Below, in pieces: positions 28,892-38,246 of a stretch of DNA of 64,000 nucleotides (positions are counted from its first letter, which is position 1; each line of letters begins with the position of its first letter). Origin of the DNA: Acidobacteriota bacterium (lineage in GTDB: Bacteria; Acidobacteriota; G020349885); assembly GCA_020349885.1 (NCBI GenBank), contig CP070701.1:1270512-1334511 (forward strand), read 5' to 3'. The translations under genes were made by a program, and so were the position numbers. Below the pieces are notes generated by a model. The model made no database searches, was not told where the DNA came from, and saw only the letters and a list, made by a program, of their open reading frames with translations.

Positions 28892-29977
28892 CTAGCGTTT
28901 AAGGTTTCGGCGCATCCGATGGGCGCGCCGGAACGCCCCTTCGATTCGCTTCGGCGAGAGCGTTTCCAGGTCTTTAAGGTGTTTTAGAAAAATTTTCATG
29001 GCCGCCTTGATGTCTTTGGGGTTCGTGGCGAAGATGTCCCGCCAAATGGCGTGAGGCGAGGAGGCGATGCGCGTCATTCCCTGAAGCCCCGGCCCCACGA
29101 GGCGGCGCGCCATCCGGCTTCGGGCCAGGGGCGGCCCCGTGGTGACGGCGAGCACCGTCGAAACAAGCTGGGGCAGGTGGCTCGTGGCGGCGACGATCCG
29201 GTCATGCTCACGGGGATTCATCAAAATGGTCTTCGCCCCGAGCGAGGTCGCGAGCTTGCGCAGGATGCGCGCACGCGGCGGCAGACGCTTGCCCCGCACG
29301 GGAGTGAGAATCCACTTCGTGCCCTCGAAGAGGTCGGTGCGGGCATGTTCGATGCCACGCTCCTCGGAGCCCGTCATGGGGTGGCCCCCGACGAAGGTAG
29401 CGTGCTTGGGCAGGGCGCTTGCCGCGGCGCGGCACACCTCGGCCTTCGTGCTTCCCATGTCGGTCCAGAGGCTCCCGGGCTTGGCCCACTTCGCCCATGC
29501 CCGAATCATTCGGACGGTCACGTCGATGGGCGTTGCAAAGACGACGAGGTCCGCCGAGGCCGCCTCGCGCGGGTCCGAGGTGACGCGCCGCAGGATGCCG
29601 CGCGGGATTTTTCGCCCTGGCTTCGGGCGCACGTAGCCCACGACGGTGGCGCCCGGCCACTGCGCGCGGAGCGCTTTCGCGAGCGAGCCTCCCATGAGCC
29701 CGAGGCCCACGATGGAGACGGAGAGAGGCTTCGAGAGCTTCACCGTAGGGCGGGGTGCGGCGATGCGGCGCGGGCGCTTGGAGATGTAGATGAGGCGATC
29801 GACGCCCGGCATCGTCTCGAGCACCGAGACGGGCACGTTCCTCAAATCGCCCACCACGCCCAGGATGACGTGGTGCGTTCCCGTGGAGCGGTGCACGTCG
29901 AGCCCCCAGTTCACGACGGTGCGGATGACCTGCCGCGTCTGGCGGTCCGTCGCCCTTTCCTTCATGACGACGATCAT
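28892..29977 (-). CDS. tyrA: prephenate dehydrogenase with extra N-terminal ferredoxin-like (DAHPS-type) domain
   Basis: Rossmann VGLGLMGGSLA, GGHPMTGSE, SHLPQLV. Residues 1-~70 (MIVVMKERATD...VILGVVGD...PGVDRLIYIS) resemble the aroF N-domain. ATGA overlap with the chorismate mutase gene. Confidence 0.85.
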   Translation of the reverse strand: MIVVMKERATDRQTRQVIRTVVNWGLDVHRSTGTHHVILGVVGDLRNVPVSVLETMPGVDRLIYISKRPRRIAAPRPTVKLSKPLSVSIVGLGLMGGSLAKALRAQWPGATVVGYVRPKPGRKIPRGILRRVTSDPREAASADLVVFATPIDVTVRMIRAWAKWAKPGSLWTDMGSTKAEVCRAAASALPKHATFVGGHPMTGSEERGIEHARTDLFEGTKWILTPVRGKRLPPRARILRKLATSLGAKTILMNPREHDRIVAATSHLPQLVSTVLAVTTGPPLARSRMARRLVGPGLQGMTRIASSPHAIWRDIFATNPKDIKAAMKIFLKHLKDLETLSPKRIEGAFRRAHRMRRNLKR

Positions 29978-30261
29978 TTCCGCCGCCTCCTTCCTTTGGG
30001 GCGCTCCGCGGCGGCGCGCTCGAAGCCGCGGAACTCGTCGATGATGCGCTCGAAAAGATGCACCACCGTGCGCCGGTCGAGGGGGCCGCGGTTCGCGCGG
30101 GTCAGCTTGCGGAGAATTCTCGCCTCGCGCTCCGGGTCGTAGATTTCGCCGCCGTGCTCGCGCTTCCATTCGCCGATAGCGGCGACCGCGCGGGCGCGCT
30201 CGTTGAAGAGCTTCAAAAGCTCATGATCCACCCGGTCAATGCATTTTCTGTGTTTGTCCAT
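29974..30261 (-). CDS. chorismate mutase (AroQ class, monofunctional)
   Basis: 95 aa: IDRVDHELLKLFNERARAVAAIGEWK...DPEREARIL helical CM_2 pattern. Confidence 0.85.
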   Translation of the reverse strand: MDKHRKCIDRVDHELLKLFNERARAVAAIGEWKREHGGEIYDPEREARILRKLTRANRGPLDRRTVVHLFERIIDEFRGFERAAAERPKGRRRRK

Positions 30262-30266
30262 GAGTA

Positions 30267-31064
30267 TTATTTCCTAATCGCCGCAACCATCTGCGACGCC
30301 AATTCCCGCATCTTTTCCCGCGCCTGCTCCGGCGGGTGCTTCTCGACGAACGAGACGAGAGCGCTTCCCACGACGACGCCGTCGCTCCGGGCGGCGACCT
30401 CGCGCGCCTGCTCGGGCGTGGAGATGCCGAAGCCAACGGCCACTGGCTTCTTGACCACCTTGCGGACGCGCGCGAGCTCTTCGCGGAGCGTATCCGAGAG
30501 ACTCGCCCTCGCGCCCGTGACGCCCATGCGCGAGACGTAATAGACGAACCCGGAGGAGGCCTTGTCCACGAGGCGCAGGCGCTCGGGCGGCGTCGTGGGC
30601 GAGGCCAGGAATATGGTGTCGAGCTTGTGCGCCTTCATCACCCGCACGTACTCGCGCGCCTCCTCGGGCGGCAGGTCCACGGCGAGAACGCCGTTCGCGC
30701 CGGCCTCCCGGGCGCGGCGGGCGAACGCTTCGAGGCCCATCTGCAGGATGGGGTTGAAGTACGAGAACAGGACGACGGGCGTCTTGTTCCCCTCCCGGCG
30801 GAAGCGCTCGATGAAATCGATAATGTCCGCGAGCGTCGTTCCGGCGCGGAGCGAGCGCTCGGCGGCGCGCTGGTTCGTCGGGCCGTCCGCGATGGGATCG
30901 GAGAACGGAACGCCCAGCTCGACGACGTCCGCGCCCGCCGAGGCGAGGGTCTTCAGAAATTTATCAGTCCATTCCATGGAGGGGTCGCCCGCCGTGAAAT
31001 AGGGGATGAAGGCCGTGCGGCCCTTGTTCTTCAGCTTGTCCAAGAGTTTTCTAAGACCGGCCAT
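30267..31064 (-). CDS. trpA: tryptophan synthase alpha chain
   Basis: [29 protein letters not shown]. Confidence 0.93.
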   Translation of the reverse strand: MAGLRKLLDKLKNKGRTAFIPYFTAGDPSMEWTDKFLKTLASAGADVVELGVPFSDPIADGPTNQRAAERSLRAGTTLADIIDFIERFRREGNKTPVVLFSYFNPILQMGLEAFARRAREAGANGVLAVDLPPEEAREYVRVMKAHKLDTIFLASPTTPPERLRLVDKASSGFVYYVSRMGVTGARASLSDTLREELARVRKVVKKPVAVGFGISTPEQAREVAARSDGVVVGSALVSFVEKHPPEQAREKMRELASQMVAAIRK

Positions 31065-32250
31065 CGCCCTTCTCCAGACTCTTGCGTACGGTCTCGACGT
31101 CCTTGTCGCCGCGGCCGGAAAGATTGATGATGACCACGGAGTCGCGCTTCGTCTCGGAAGCCGTTTTCTTCAGGTACGCGATGGCGTGGGCGCTTTCAAG
31201 CGCGGGCAGTATGCCTTCCGTGTGCCCGAGGAGCGTGAAGGCGTCGAGCGCCTCCGAGTCGGTGACGTGGGTGTATTCGACGCGCCCCGATTCGAACAGG
31301 AAGGAGTGCTCCGGCCCTACGGCCGGGTAATCGAGTCCCGCGGAGACGCTGTGGGTCTCGCGGATCTGTCCCGCATCGTCCTGGAGCACGTAGGTGTAGG
31401 TGCCGTGCAGGACGCCGGGCGAGCCCCCGGCGAAGCGCGCCGCATGCATGAGGCTCGGGATTCCCAGGCCGCCGGCCTCGACGCCGACCATGCGGATGTT
31501 CTTGTCTTTCAGGAACGGATAGAACAGTCCGATGGCGTTGCTCCCCCCGCCGACGCAGGCGACGAGAAGGTCAGGGAGGCGGCCCTCGGCCTTGAGGATT
31601 TGTTTCCGGGTCTCGCGCCCGATGACGCTCTGGAAATCCCGAACCATCGTGGGGTAAGGGTGCGGCCCGAGGACGGAGCCGAGCACGTAATGCGTCGTCC
31701 GGACGTTCGTCACCCAGTCGCGCATCGCCTCGTTTATGGCGTCCTTGAGGGTGCGGCTTCCAGCCGAGACGGGAATGACCTCGGCGCCGAGCTGGCGCAT
31801 CCGGAAGACGTTGAGCGCCTGCCGCTCCATGTCCACCTCGCCCATGTAGACGGTGCATTCGAGGCCGAAGAGCGCGGCGGCGGTGGCCGTCGCGACGCCG
31901 TGCTGTCCCGCGCCCGTCTCGGCGATGACGCGGCGCTTCGACATCTTCGTGGCGAGAAGCACCTGCCCGACGGTGTTGTTAATCTTGTGCGCGCCGGTGT
32001 GCGCCAGGTCCTCGCGCTTGAGGTAAATTTTCGCGCGGCCGCCCAGCACCTCGCCCATGCGCGCGGCGAGCGTGAGCGGCGTCGGCCGCCCGGCGTATTC
32101 GCGCAGGAGCGCCGCGAGCTCATCCTTAAACGCCTTGTCCCGGCGAAAGCGCTCGTAGGCCTCTATGAGCTCGCTTAGGGGATGCATCAACGTCTCCGGC
32201 GCGAACTGGCCCCCGTAGGCCCCGAAGCGGCCGATCTGTTTTGCGCTCAT
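31051..32250 (-). CDS. trpB: tryptophan synthase beta chain
   Basis: [29 protein letters not shown] (PLP Lys), GGGSNAIG. Confidence 0.95.
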   Translation of the reverse strand: MSAKQIGRFGAYGGQFAPETLMHPLSELIEAYERFRRDKAFKDELAALLREYAGRPTPLTLAARMGEVLGGRAKIYLKREDLAHTGAHKINNTVGQVLLATKMSKRRVIAETGAGQHGVATATAAALFGLECTVYMGEVDMERQALNVFRMRQLGAEVIPVSAGSRTLKDAINEAMRDWVTNVRTTHYVLGSVLGPHPYPTMVRDFQSVIGRETRKQILKAEGRLPDLLVACVGGGSNAIGLFYPFLKDKNIRMVGVEAGGLGIPSLMHAARFAGGSPGVLHGTYTYVLQDDAGQIRETHSVSAGLDYPAVGPEHSFLFESGRVEYTHVTDSEALDAFTLLGHTEGILPALESAHAIAYLKKTASETKRDSVVIINLSGRGDKDVETVRKSLEKGDGRS

Positions 32251-32873
32251 GATTTCGTCTCCTTGGCCGCTTCGCGCGCGGCGGTGAAGAAGGCTTTCAT
32301 TTTGCTCGCGTCCTTGACGCCCGGTTCACGCTCAACGCCGCTCGCCACGTCCACCCCGAAGGGACGGACGGCGCGGACGGCCTCGGCCACGTTCTCCGGC
32401 GTGAGGCCTCCGGCCAGAAGCAGGCGGTGCCTGGCGGCCGCTTCGGCCGCAAGCTTCCAGTCGGAGAGTTTACCGGTGCCGCCGTAGGCGTCGCCGGTCC
32501 CCGAATCAGCAAGATGCAGGTAGACTTTATATGCGGCGAGGCGCTCCGCGTCCTCCCCAGAGCTGAGCGGCATAGCTTTTATCACCTCGCACGGCCAGTT
32601 GCGGCACATGTCCGGTGGCTCGTCGCCGTGGAGCTGAATCATGTCGAGCCCCGCCCTCACGACGGTGCGCTCGATGGCGGAGCGCCCGGCGTTCACGAAC
32701 ACGCCGACGCGCCGCACGCCGAGCGGAAGCCGCGCCGCCATGCTCGCCGCCTGCTCGACGGTCACGCAGCGCGGGCTTTTCTCGTAGAAGTTGAACCCGA
32801 CCGCCCACGCCCCCAGGTCCACCGCAAGGAGCGCGTCCTCCTTGCGCGTGACGCCGCAAATCTTAATGACCAT
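32247..32873 (-). CDS. trpF: phosphoribosylanthranilate isomerase
   Basis: [29 protein letters not shown]. Start ATG 32873; the 623-aa ORF-track entry is a composite read-through. Confidence 0.9.
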   Translation of the reverse strand: MVIKICGVTRKEDALLAVDLGAWAVGFNFYEKSPRCVTVEQAASMAARLPLGVRRVGVFVNAGRSAIERTVVRAGLDMIQLHGDEPPDMCRNWPCEVIKAMPLSSGEDAERLAAYKVYLHLADSGTGDAYGGTGKLSDWKLAAEAAARHRLLLAGGLTPENVAEAVRAVRPFGVDVASGVEREPGVKDASKMKAFFTAAREAAKETKS

Positions 32874-33685
32874 CACGCAGCCTCCCTTCCAAGGAGCTCG
32901 GCAAGCGCCGCGCCGGGCCGACCGGATTTTATCAAACGCGTTCCCACGAGGAATCCGCGGTAGCCGAGCCCGCGCAAAGTCTCCATCTCCTCGCGCGTTC
33001 GGATGCCGCTCTCGCTTATGAGCACGACGCCGTCGCGCCCGGCGTAGCGCGCCAGGCGCTTTGAAACTTCCAAATCGGTCTTGAGCGTCTGCAGGTCGCG
33101 GTTGTTGACACCGATGAGCACGGCGCCTTCCTTGAGCGCGGTCTCCGTCTCCCACTCCGTGTGCACCTCGACCAGGGCCGAAAGGCCCAACTCCCTGGCG
33201 GCCTGAAGCAAATCGTGAAGGCCGTCGCGGCCGAGGACGGATACAATCAGAAGTACGCAGTCGGCCCCGTAGACCCACGCCTGCGTAACCTGGTAGTCGT
33301 CCACGAAGAAATCCTTCATCAAAAGCGGAACGGAGACGTCTCTCCGTATGCGCGCGAGATAATCTATGTTTCCCTGAAAAAATTCCGGCTCCGTCAGGAC
33401 GGAAATCGCTGCCGCGCCGTTCCGGGCATAGGCGTTCGCCACGTCGAGGGGGTTGAGGTTTTTTCCGATTTCCCCCTCGGAGGGCGTCGCGAGCTTCACC
33501 TCGGCGATGACGTGCAGGCCGTCTTCGCGAAAGGGCGCGGCGAAATCGAGCGGCTGGCGCGGCTCGAGATTCATCGTCCGGAGCGCGTCGCGAGAAATCT
33601 TCTCTTTCTCGCGCTCGACGCGCGCCCGCGTCGCGGCGACGATCTTGTCCACGACGCTCCGGCGCTGCACGAGAGGCTGGCTCAT
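32873..33685 (-). CDS. trpC: indole-3-glycerol phosphate synthase
   Basis: IAEVKLATPSEG, ISVLTEPEFFQG, LIGVNNRDL. Confidence 0.93.
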   Translation of the reverse strand: MSQPLVQRRSVVDKIVAATRARVEREKEKISRDALRTMNLEPRQPLDFAAPFREDGLHVIAEVKLATPSEGEIGKNLNPLDVANAYARNGAAAISVLTEPEFFQGNIDYLARIRRDVSVPLLMKDFFVDDYQVTQAWVYGADCVLLIVSVLGRDGLHDLLQAARELGLSALVEVHTEWETETALKEGAVLIGVNNRDLQTLKTDLEVSKRLARYAGRDGVVLISESGIRTREEMETLRGLGYRGFLVGTRLIKSGRPGAALAELLGREAA

Positions 33686-34710
33686 GAGGCGCCCTCCTTG
33701 CGGGTGCCGCGCAGCGCCTCGAGCACGCGGGCGGCGCCGCCCGAGTCGACGCTCTTTCGCGCCTCCTCGACGCCTTCCTTAATAGTGTTGGCGACGCCGG
33801 CCACACAGAGCGCCGCGGCGGCGTTGAATAAGGCGCCGTCGCGCAGCGGCCCTTTTTCTTCACCCCGGAGAACGGCTTCGAGTTTTTTTGCGTTTTCCTG
33901 CGCCGAGCCCCCGCGCAGCGCCTCGGCGGGGGCGCGCGCCAGGCCGACGTCCTCGGGAGAGACTTCCTCCCGCGAAACTTTTCCGCCCTCGAGACGGTGG
34001 ACGGTGGTTTTTCCAGCAAGGGTGAGCTCGTCCATGCCGTCCTCGCCGTGCACCACGAGGGCCGCCTCGGCGCCCAGCAGGCCGAGCACCCGCGCGTAGG
34101 TTTCTGCGAACGCGGCATCGTAGATGCCCACGACCTGGCGGCGCACGCCGGCCGGATTGGCGAGTGGGCCGAGAAGGTTGAACACGGTGCGGACGCCGAG
34201 CTCCTTGCGGGGTTTTCCGACGTGTTTCATCGCGGGGTGGTAGAGAGGGGCGAAGAGGAACGCGAAGCCGTGGCGCTCGAGCGCCTCCCTGGCCTGTTCC
34301 GCCGGAAGGTCCAGGGGAACGCCGAGGGCCTCGAGCACGTCAGCGCTTCCCGAGCGGCTCGAGACGGCGCGGTTTCCGTGCTTGGCGACGGCTACGCCGG
34401 CGCCCGCGGCGACGAAAGCGGCCGCCGTCGAAAAATTGAAGCTCCCCATCCCGTCACCCCCGGTGCCGCACGTGTCGATGAGGGGCTCGCGGGAAACCTC
34501 GAGCTTCACGGCGGCGCGGCGCATGCCCTCGACGAAACCCGCAAGCTCTTCCGCCGTCGCGCCCTTCGTGCGCATGGCGCCGAGGAACGCCCCGATTTGG
34601 GCGTCCGTCGCCTCGCCCGAGATCAGGAAGGCCATCGCCTCGCGCGCGCCCTCGCGCCCGAGCGACTTTTTCTCAAACACCGTTTCCAGGGCCTTTCGGA
34701 ATTCGCTCAT
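33682..34710 (-). CDS. trpD: anthranilate phosphoribosyltransferase
   Basis: DTCGTGGDG, KHGNRAVSSRSGSADVLEALG. Confidence 0.93.
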   Translation of the reverse strand: MSEFRKALETVFEKKSLGREGAREAMAFLISGEATDAQIGAFLGAMRTKGATAEELAGFVEGMRRAAVKLEVSREPLIDTCGTGGDGMGSFNFSTAAAFVAAGAGVAVAKHGNRAVSSRSGSADVLEALGVPLDLPAEQAREALERHGFAFLFAPLYHPAMKHVGKPRKELGVRTVFNLLGPLANPAGVRRQVVGIYDAAFAETYARVLGLLGAEAALVVHGEDGMDELTLAGKTTVHRLEGGKVSREEVSPEDVGLARAPAEALRGGSAQENAKKLEAVLRGEEKGPLRDGALFNAAAALCVAGVANTIKEGVEEARKSVDSGGAARVLEALRGTRKEGAS

Positions 34711-35276
34711 GAGGTTACCTCCAGGAAATTTCTTAGAATCTTCTTCCCTTCCGTGGTCATGATGGACTCGGGGTGGAACTGCACGCCGAACACGGGATGT
34801 TTCCTATGGCGTAGGGCCTGGACGGTGCCGTCCTCGGCCTGGGCGACGAGCACAAGCTCTTTGGGAAATCTCTTGCGCGCAACGACCAGCGAGTGATAGC
34901 GCGTCGCCGTGAAGGGATTCGCGACGCCCCGGAAAATGCCTTTGCCGTCGTGGCGGATTTCCGAGGTCTTTCCGTGCATGAGGCGCCGCGCGCGCGTGAT
35001 GCGGCCGCCGTAGGCCCGGCCGACCGCCTGGTGTCCGAGGCAGACGCCCAGGGTGGGCACCTTCGCCCCCAGCGCGCGAACCACGTCCACGCTCACGCCG
35101 GCGTCGTCGGGCGTTCCGGGGCCCGGGGAGATGATGATTTTTTCGGGACGCATCTTCTCAATCTCTTTGACCGTAACCTTGTCGTTTCGCACGACGCGCA
35201 GCCGCCCCCCCAGCTCGTACAGATACTGGTACAGGTTGTAGGTGAACGAATCGTAATTGTCAATCAAAAGGATCAT
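34707..35276 (-). CDS. trpG: anthranilate synthase component II (glutamine amidotransferase)
   Basis: MILLIDNYDSFTYNLYQYL, GVCLGHQ, FGVQFHPES. Start ATG 35276. Confidence 0.92.
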   Translation of the reverse strand: MILLIDNYDSFTYNLYQYLYELGGRLRVVRNDKVTVKEIEKMRPEKIIISPGPGTPDDAGVSVDVVRALGAKVPTLGVCLGHQAVGRAYGGRITRARRLMHGKTSEIRHDGKGIFRGVANPFTATRYHSLVVARKRFPKELVLVAQAEDGTVQALRHRKHPVFGVQFHPESIMTTEGKKILRNFLEVTS

Positions 35277-36844
35277 ATTGCGTTCTCCGCGAGTCGAATC
35301 GCCTCGAACATGGCACCGGACTTGCTCAAGACCTCCTGCCATTCGCGCTCGGGGCGCGAATCGGCCACGACGCCCGCGCCGGCCTGCACGACGGCCTCCC
35401 GTCCGCCGGAGCGGGAGGAGGGCCTCACGAGGAGGCTCCGGATGGTGATGGCCGAGTCGAGGTTGCCCTGGAAATCATGATACACCACGGCGCCCGCGTA
35501 GGGCCCGCGGCGCACGGGCTCGATGTCCGCGAGAATTTCCATCGCGCGAATCTTGGGCGCTCCCGTCACCGTGCCCGCGGGAAAACATGATGAAAAGGCG
35601 TCCCAGGGCGAGCGCGTCTTTCGGAGCCTTCCCTGGACCGACGTGACGATGTGCATGACATGGGAGAAGTATTCGATGTGCATGAAGTTTTTCACGGAGA
35701 CGCTTCCCGGGGCCGCGACGCGCCCGATGTCGTTTCGCCCCAAATCCACGAGCATCAGGTGCTCGGCGCGCTCCTTGACGCTCGCCTGCAGGTTGCGCTC
35801 GAGGCGCCGGTCCTCCTCGTACGTGCGGCCCCGTGGGCGCGTGCCGGCGATGGGGCACGTCTCCAGCGTGCGTCCCTCCACGCGCACGAGCATCTCGGGC
35901 GACGCCCCCAGCACCACGTCGCGGCCCGTATTGAGATAGAACATGTACGGCGATGGGTTCACGGTGCGGAGCGCGCGGTAGATGGAAAAAGGCTCGGCGC
36001 GGACGGGAAGCGAAAATTGTTCCGACAGGACGCCCTGGAGAATGTCACCGGCGCGGATGTGGCGCTTGAGGCGGCGGACGCCCTCGCAAAAAGCGTCACG
36101 CCCCATCGCACCCTCGGTGGGGATCCGCGGGGTTCTGCCCCGACGCACCGGGGACTTGCCGGAGGCCGCGCGGGTGACAGCGCCGTCCTCGAGCCGGAGC
36201 AGGCGTTCGCGCATGGATTCGATCGAGTCGCCGGCCTCGCGGTGGGCGCGGCGCAAATCCTTGGAACGGTCGGTGATGACGTTTGATATAAGGAGAAGGC
36301 GGTGGCGGACGTGGTCGAAGGCGACGAGGGAGCGGAAAAGCATCAGGCACGCCTCGTCCTCGCCGCTCCGCGGCGGGCGCACGGGAATTTTTTCCAGATG
36401 ACGAATCGCCTCGTAGGCCACGAAGCCCACGGCGCCGCCCGCGAAGCGGGGAAGCTCGGGGTCCTCGACGGCGTGAAAGCGCGAGAGGTACGCCCCGAGC
36501 GCGCGCAGGGGATTTCCTTCGGGCCCCGCTCCCTCCGGGGTGAGCGCGCGGCACTCGCCCGCTCGCTCGAGCCACGCCTGCCCGTCCCGGATGCGAAGCG
36601 TCTCGTAGGGCTCGATGCCGAGGAACGAATAGCGCGCCAGGCGGTCACCGCCCTCGACGCTCTCAAGAAGAAAGCTTCCGCCGTGCGGGGTCTTAGCGCG
36701 ACCCGACCCCCGGCTTTCCAGCCGGGGGAGGGCAAGGCGCAGACACGCCGCCACGGGCGTCAGCGTGTCCGACGTCATCTCGAAAACCATCGGGATGACG
36801 TTCCCGCGCTGCGCTTTTTCCCGAAGAGCCTTCAGGCTCAACAT
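35273..36844 (-). CDS. trpE: anthranilate synthase component I
   Basis: Chorismate-binding domain motifs (GAPK.RAMEI, GPYAGAV). I prefer the ATG at 36844 (MLSLKAL..., preceded by AGGTAGAAAAGAA) because the upstream ATG at 36862 abuts the terminator U-run. Confidence 0.9.
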   Translation of the reverse strand: MLSLKALREKAQRGNVIPMVFEMTSDTLTPVAACLRLALPRLESRGSGRAKTPHGGSFLLESVEGGDRLARYSFLGIEPYETLRIRDGQAWLERAGECRALTPEGAGPEGNPLRALGAYLSRFHAVEDPELPRFAGGAVGFVAYEAIRHLEKIPVRPPRSGEDEACLMLFRSLVAFDHVRHRLLLISNVITDRSKDLRRAHREAGDSIESMRERLLRLEDGAVTRAASGKSPVRRGRTPRIPTEGAMGRDAFCEGVRRLKRHIRAGDILQGVLSEQFSLPVRAEPFSIYRALRTVNPSPYMFYLNTGRDVVLGASPEMLVRVEGRTLETCPIAGTRPRGRTYEEDRRLERNLQASVKERAEHLMLVDLGRNDIGRVAAPGSVSVKNFMHIEYFSHVMHIVTSVQGRLRKTRSPWDAFSSCFPAGTVTGAPKIRAMEILADIEPVRRGPYAGAVVYHDFQGNLDSAITIRSLLVRPSSRSGGREAVVQAGAGVVADSRPEREWQEVLSKSGAMFEAIRLAENAI

Positions 36845-36863
36845 TTCTTTTCTACCTGACATC

Positions 36864-36895
36864 AAATAAAAAACCCACCTTCTTCAAGGCGGGTC
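36864..36895 (-). terminator. intrinsic terminator of the trp leader (attenuator)
   Basis: Minus-strand GACCCGCC-TTGAAGAA-GGTGGGTT followed by TTTTATTT, immediately 5' of trpE. Stem arm ACCCGCC (36888-36894) can alternatively pair with GGCGGGT (36940-36946) inside the leader ORF. Confidence 0.6.
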
Positions 36896-36925
36896 GGGTT
36901 TCGTTCAAGGGTCGCTAAACCGGCG

Positions 36926-37000
36926 TCAGAACGCACTCCACCCGCCCTGGCGATACCAGCACCAAAAATAATTGTTGGCCCCAGCGGGCTGCACGTCCAT
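36926..37000 (-). CDS. trpL: candidate trp leader peptide (24 aa, 3 Trp)
   Basis: ATG GAC GTG CAG CCC GCT GGG GCC AAC AAT TAT TTT TGG TGC TGG TAT CGC CAG GGC GGG TGG AGT GCG TTC TGA = MDVQPAGANNYFWCWYRQGGWSAF. Below the ORF-track size cutoff. Lies between the promoter and the terminator. Confidence 0.5.
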   Translation of the reverse strand: MDVQPAGANNYFWCWYRQGGWSAF

Positions 37001-37008
37001 AACAAAAC

Positions 37009-37037
37009 AGAATAGCGCATATTTCCGGGTTTGTCAA
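37009..37037 (-). promoter_or_regulatory. sigma70-like promoter of the trp/aro supraoperon
   Basis: Minus strand: TTGACA (37037-37032), 17-nt spacer, TATTCT (37014-37009). The leader ATG lies 8 nt after the -10. Confidence 0.55.
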
Positions 37038-37069
37038 GAAAATCGCGTGTTTCTTCAAAAAAGGGCATT

Positions 37070-38137
37070 CTAGAACCGCCAGTCGGCCCGGGCGTTCAGG
37101 GCCAGGGCTTTTGCGGGGGAAAGGGCGCTGCGTCGTCCGAGTATGCCGCAGTAGGCGATCATGGCGCCGTTGTCGGTCGTAAGCTCGCGCGGCGGAAAGT
37201 AGGCCGGAACATCGAGCTCCTCGCCCAGCGTCGCGAAGCGCTCCCGCAGGTATCGGTTGACCGAGACGCCTCCCGAGACGGAGAGGCTTCGCGGCTTCAT
37301 GCGCTTCGCGGCGCGCCTCGCCGTCCACCGGAGCATCTCGACGGCCGCTTCTTGAAACGACGCCGCCAAGTCGCAAATGTCCCCCCGCTCGAGGGCCTCC
37401 TCGTGCGAGGAGGCGGGGGCGATGTTCTTCGAGGCCACGTAGCGCGCGACGGCGCTCTTCAGCCCGCTGTAGGAGAAATCGTAGTTCACGGTCTTTCCGA
37501 TCTTGGGATGCCTCGGTAGCTCGACGGCGTTTCCGTTTCCCTTGCACGCCAGCTTTTCGATGATGGGCCCCCCCGGATAGCCGAGCCCCAGGAGCTTGGA
37601 AACCTTGTCGTAGGCTTCGCCGACGGCGTCGTCGCGCGTCGTGCCGATGCGCGCGTAGCGGCGCGCGGAGCGTCTGCCGTTCTCGACGGTGTAGAGCGCC
37701 GTGTGGCCCCCAGAAACCACGAGGGCGAGCGAGGGAAGCTCCCTCTCCAGCCCGGGGTGCGCGAGGAAAACCGACTCGAGGTGGCCGTGGATGTGGTGGA
37801 CCGAAACGAGCGGCAGCCCGTGTTGGTAGGCTAGGCCCTTGGCGAAGTTAACGCCCACGAGGAGGGCGCCCACGAGTCCCGGCCCCGCGGTCACGGCGAC
37901 TCCATGGAGGCCGTCGACGCCCGCCCCGGCCTGCGAGAGCGCCGCCTCGACGACGGGGCCGATGCGCTCGATGTGCGCCCGCGAGGCCATCTCGGGCACC
38001 ACGCCCCCGAACCGGGCGTGCAGGTCGATCTGCGAGGAGACGACGTTCGAGCGGATGAGGCACGTCCCGTCGGACGTCCGCTCCACGACGGCCGCGGAGG
38101 TCTCGTCGCACGAGGTGTCGATGCCGAGAAAGGTCAT
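37070..38137 (-). CDS. tsaD: tRNA N6-adenosine threonylcarbamoyltransferase
   Basis: LGIDTSCDETSAAVV, VHHIHGHL, SGGHT, GYPGGP. Confidence 0.93.
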   Translation of the reverse strand: MTFLGIDTSCDETSAAVVERTSDGTCLIRSNVVSSQIDLHARFGGVVPEMASRAHIERIGPVVEAALSQAGAGVDGLHGVAVTAGPGLVGALLVGVNFAKGLAYQHGLPLVSVHHIHGHLESVFLAHPGLERELPSLALVVSGGHTALYTVENGRRSARRYARIGTTRDDAVGEAYDKVSKLLGLGYPGGPIIEKLACKGNGNAVELPRHPKIGKTVNYDFSYSGLKSAVARYVASKNIAPASSHEEALERGDICDLAASFQEAAVEMLRWTARRAAKRMKPRSLSVSGGVSVNRYLRERFATLGEELDVPAYFPPRELTTDNGAMIAYCGILGRRSALSPAKALALNARADWRF

Positions 38138-38246
38138 GGAAGGCCCGCGCCGGAATTTTGGTTGATTTTTCTTTTTCTGTCTTCTACCATGGCATGATAG
38201 AATAAGCGGCTGGCGATGCGAAAAACTGTGAACAGGAGAATGAGCT

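Noticed and set aside
32247-34118. 623-aa ORF-track entry spanning trpF, trpC and part of trpD.
   Set aside because: Only the last 208 residues (from [17 protein letters not shown] 32873) look like a real protein (TrpF). The upstream part is an out-of-frame read through trpC/trpD with junk composition.
36845-37037. T-box riboswitch as an alternative explanation for the trp leader.
   Set aside because: The leader is only ~150 nt and lacks the specifier-loop/T-box consensus elements I can recall. A Trp-codon peptide with mutually exclusive stems fits better.
36862-37068. 68-aa ORF covering the trpE upstream region.
   Set aside because: It overlaps the promoter, the Trp-rich leader ORF and the terminator hairpin, and it has no family resemblance. 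The regulatory interpretation explains the sequence better.
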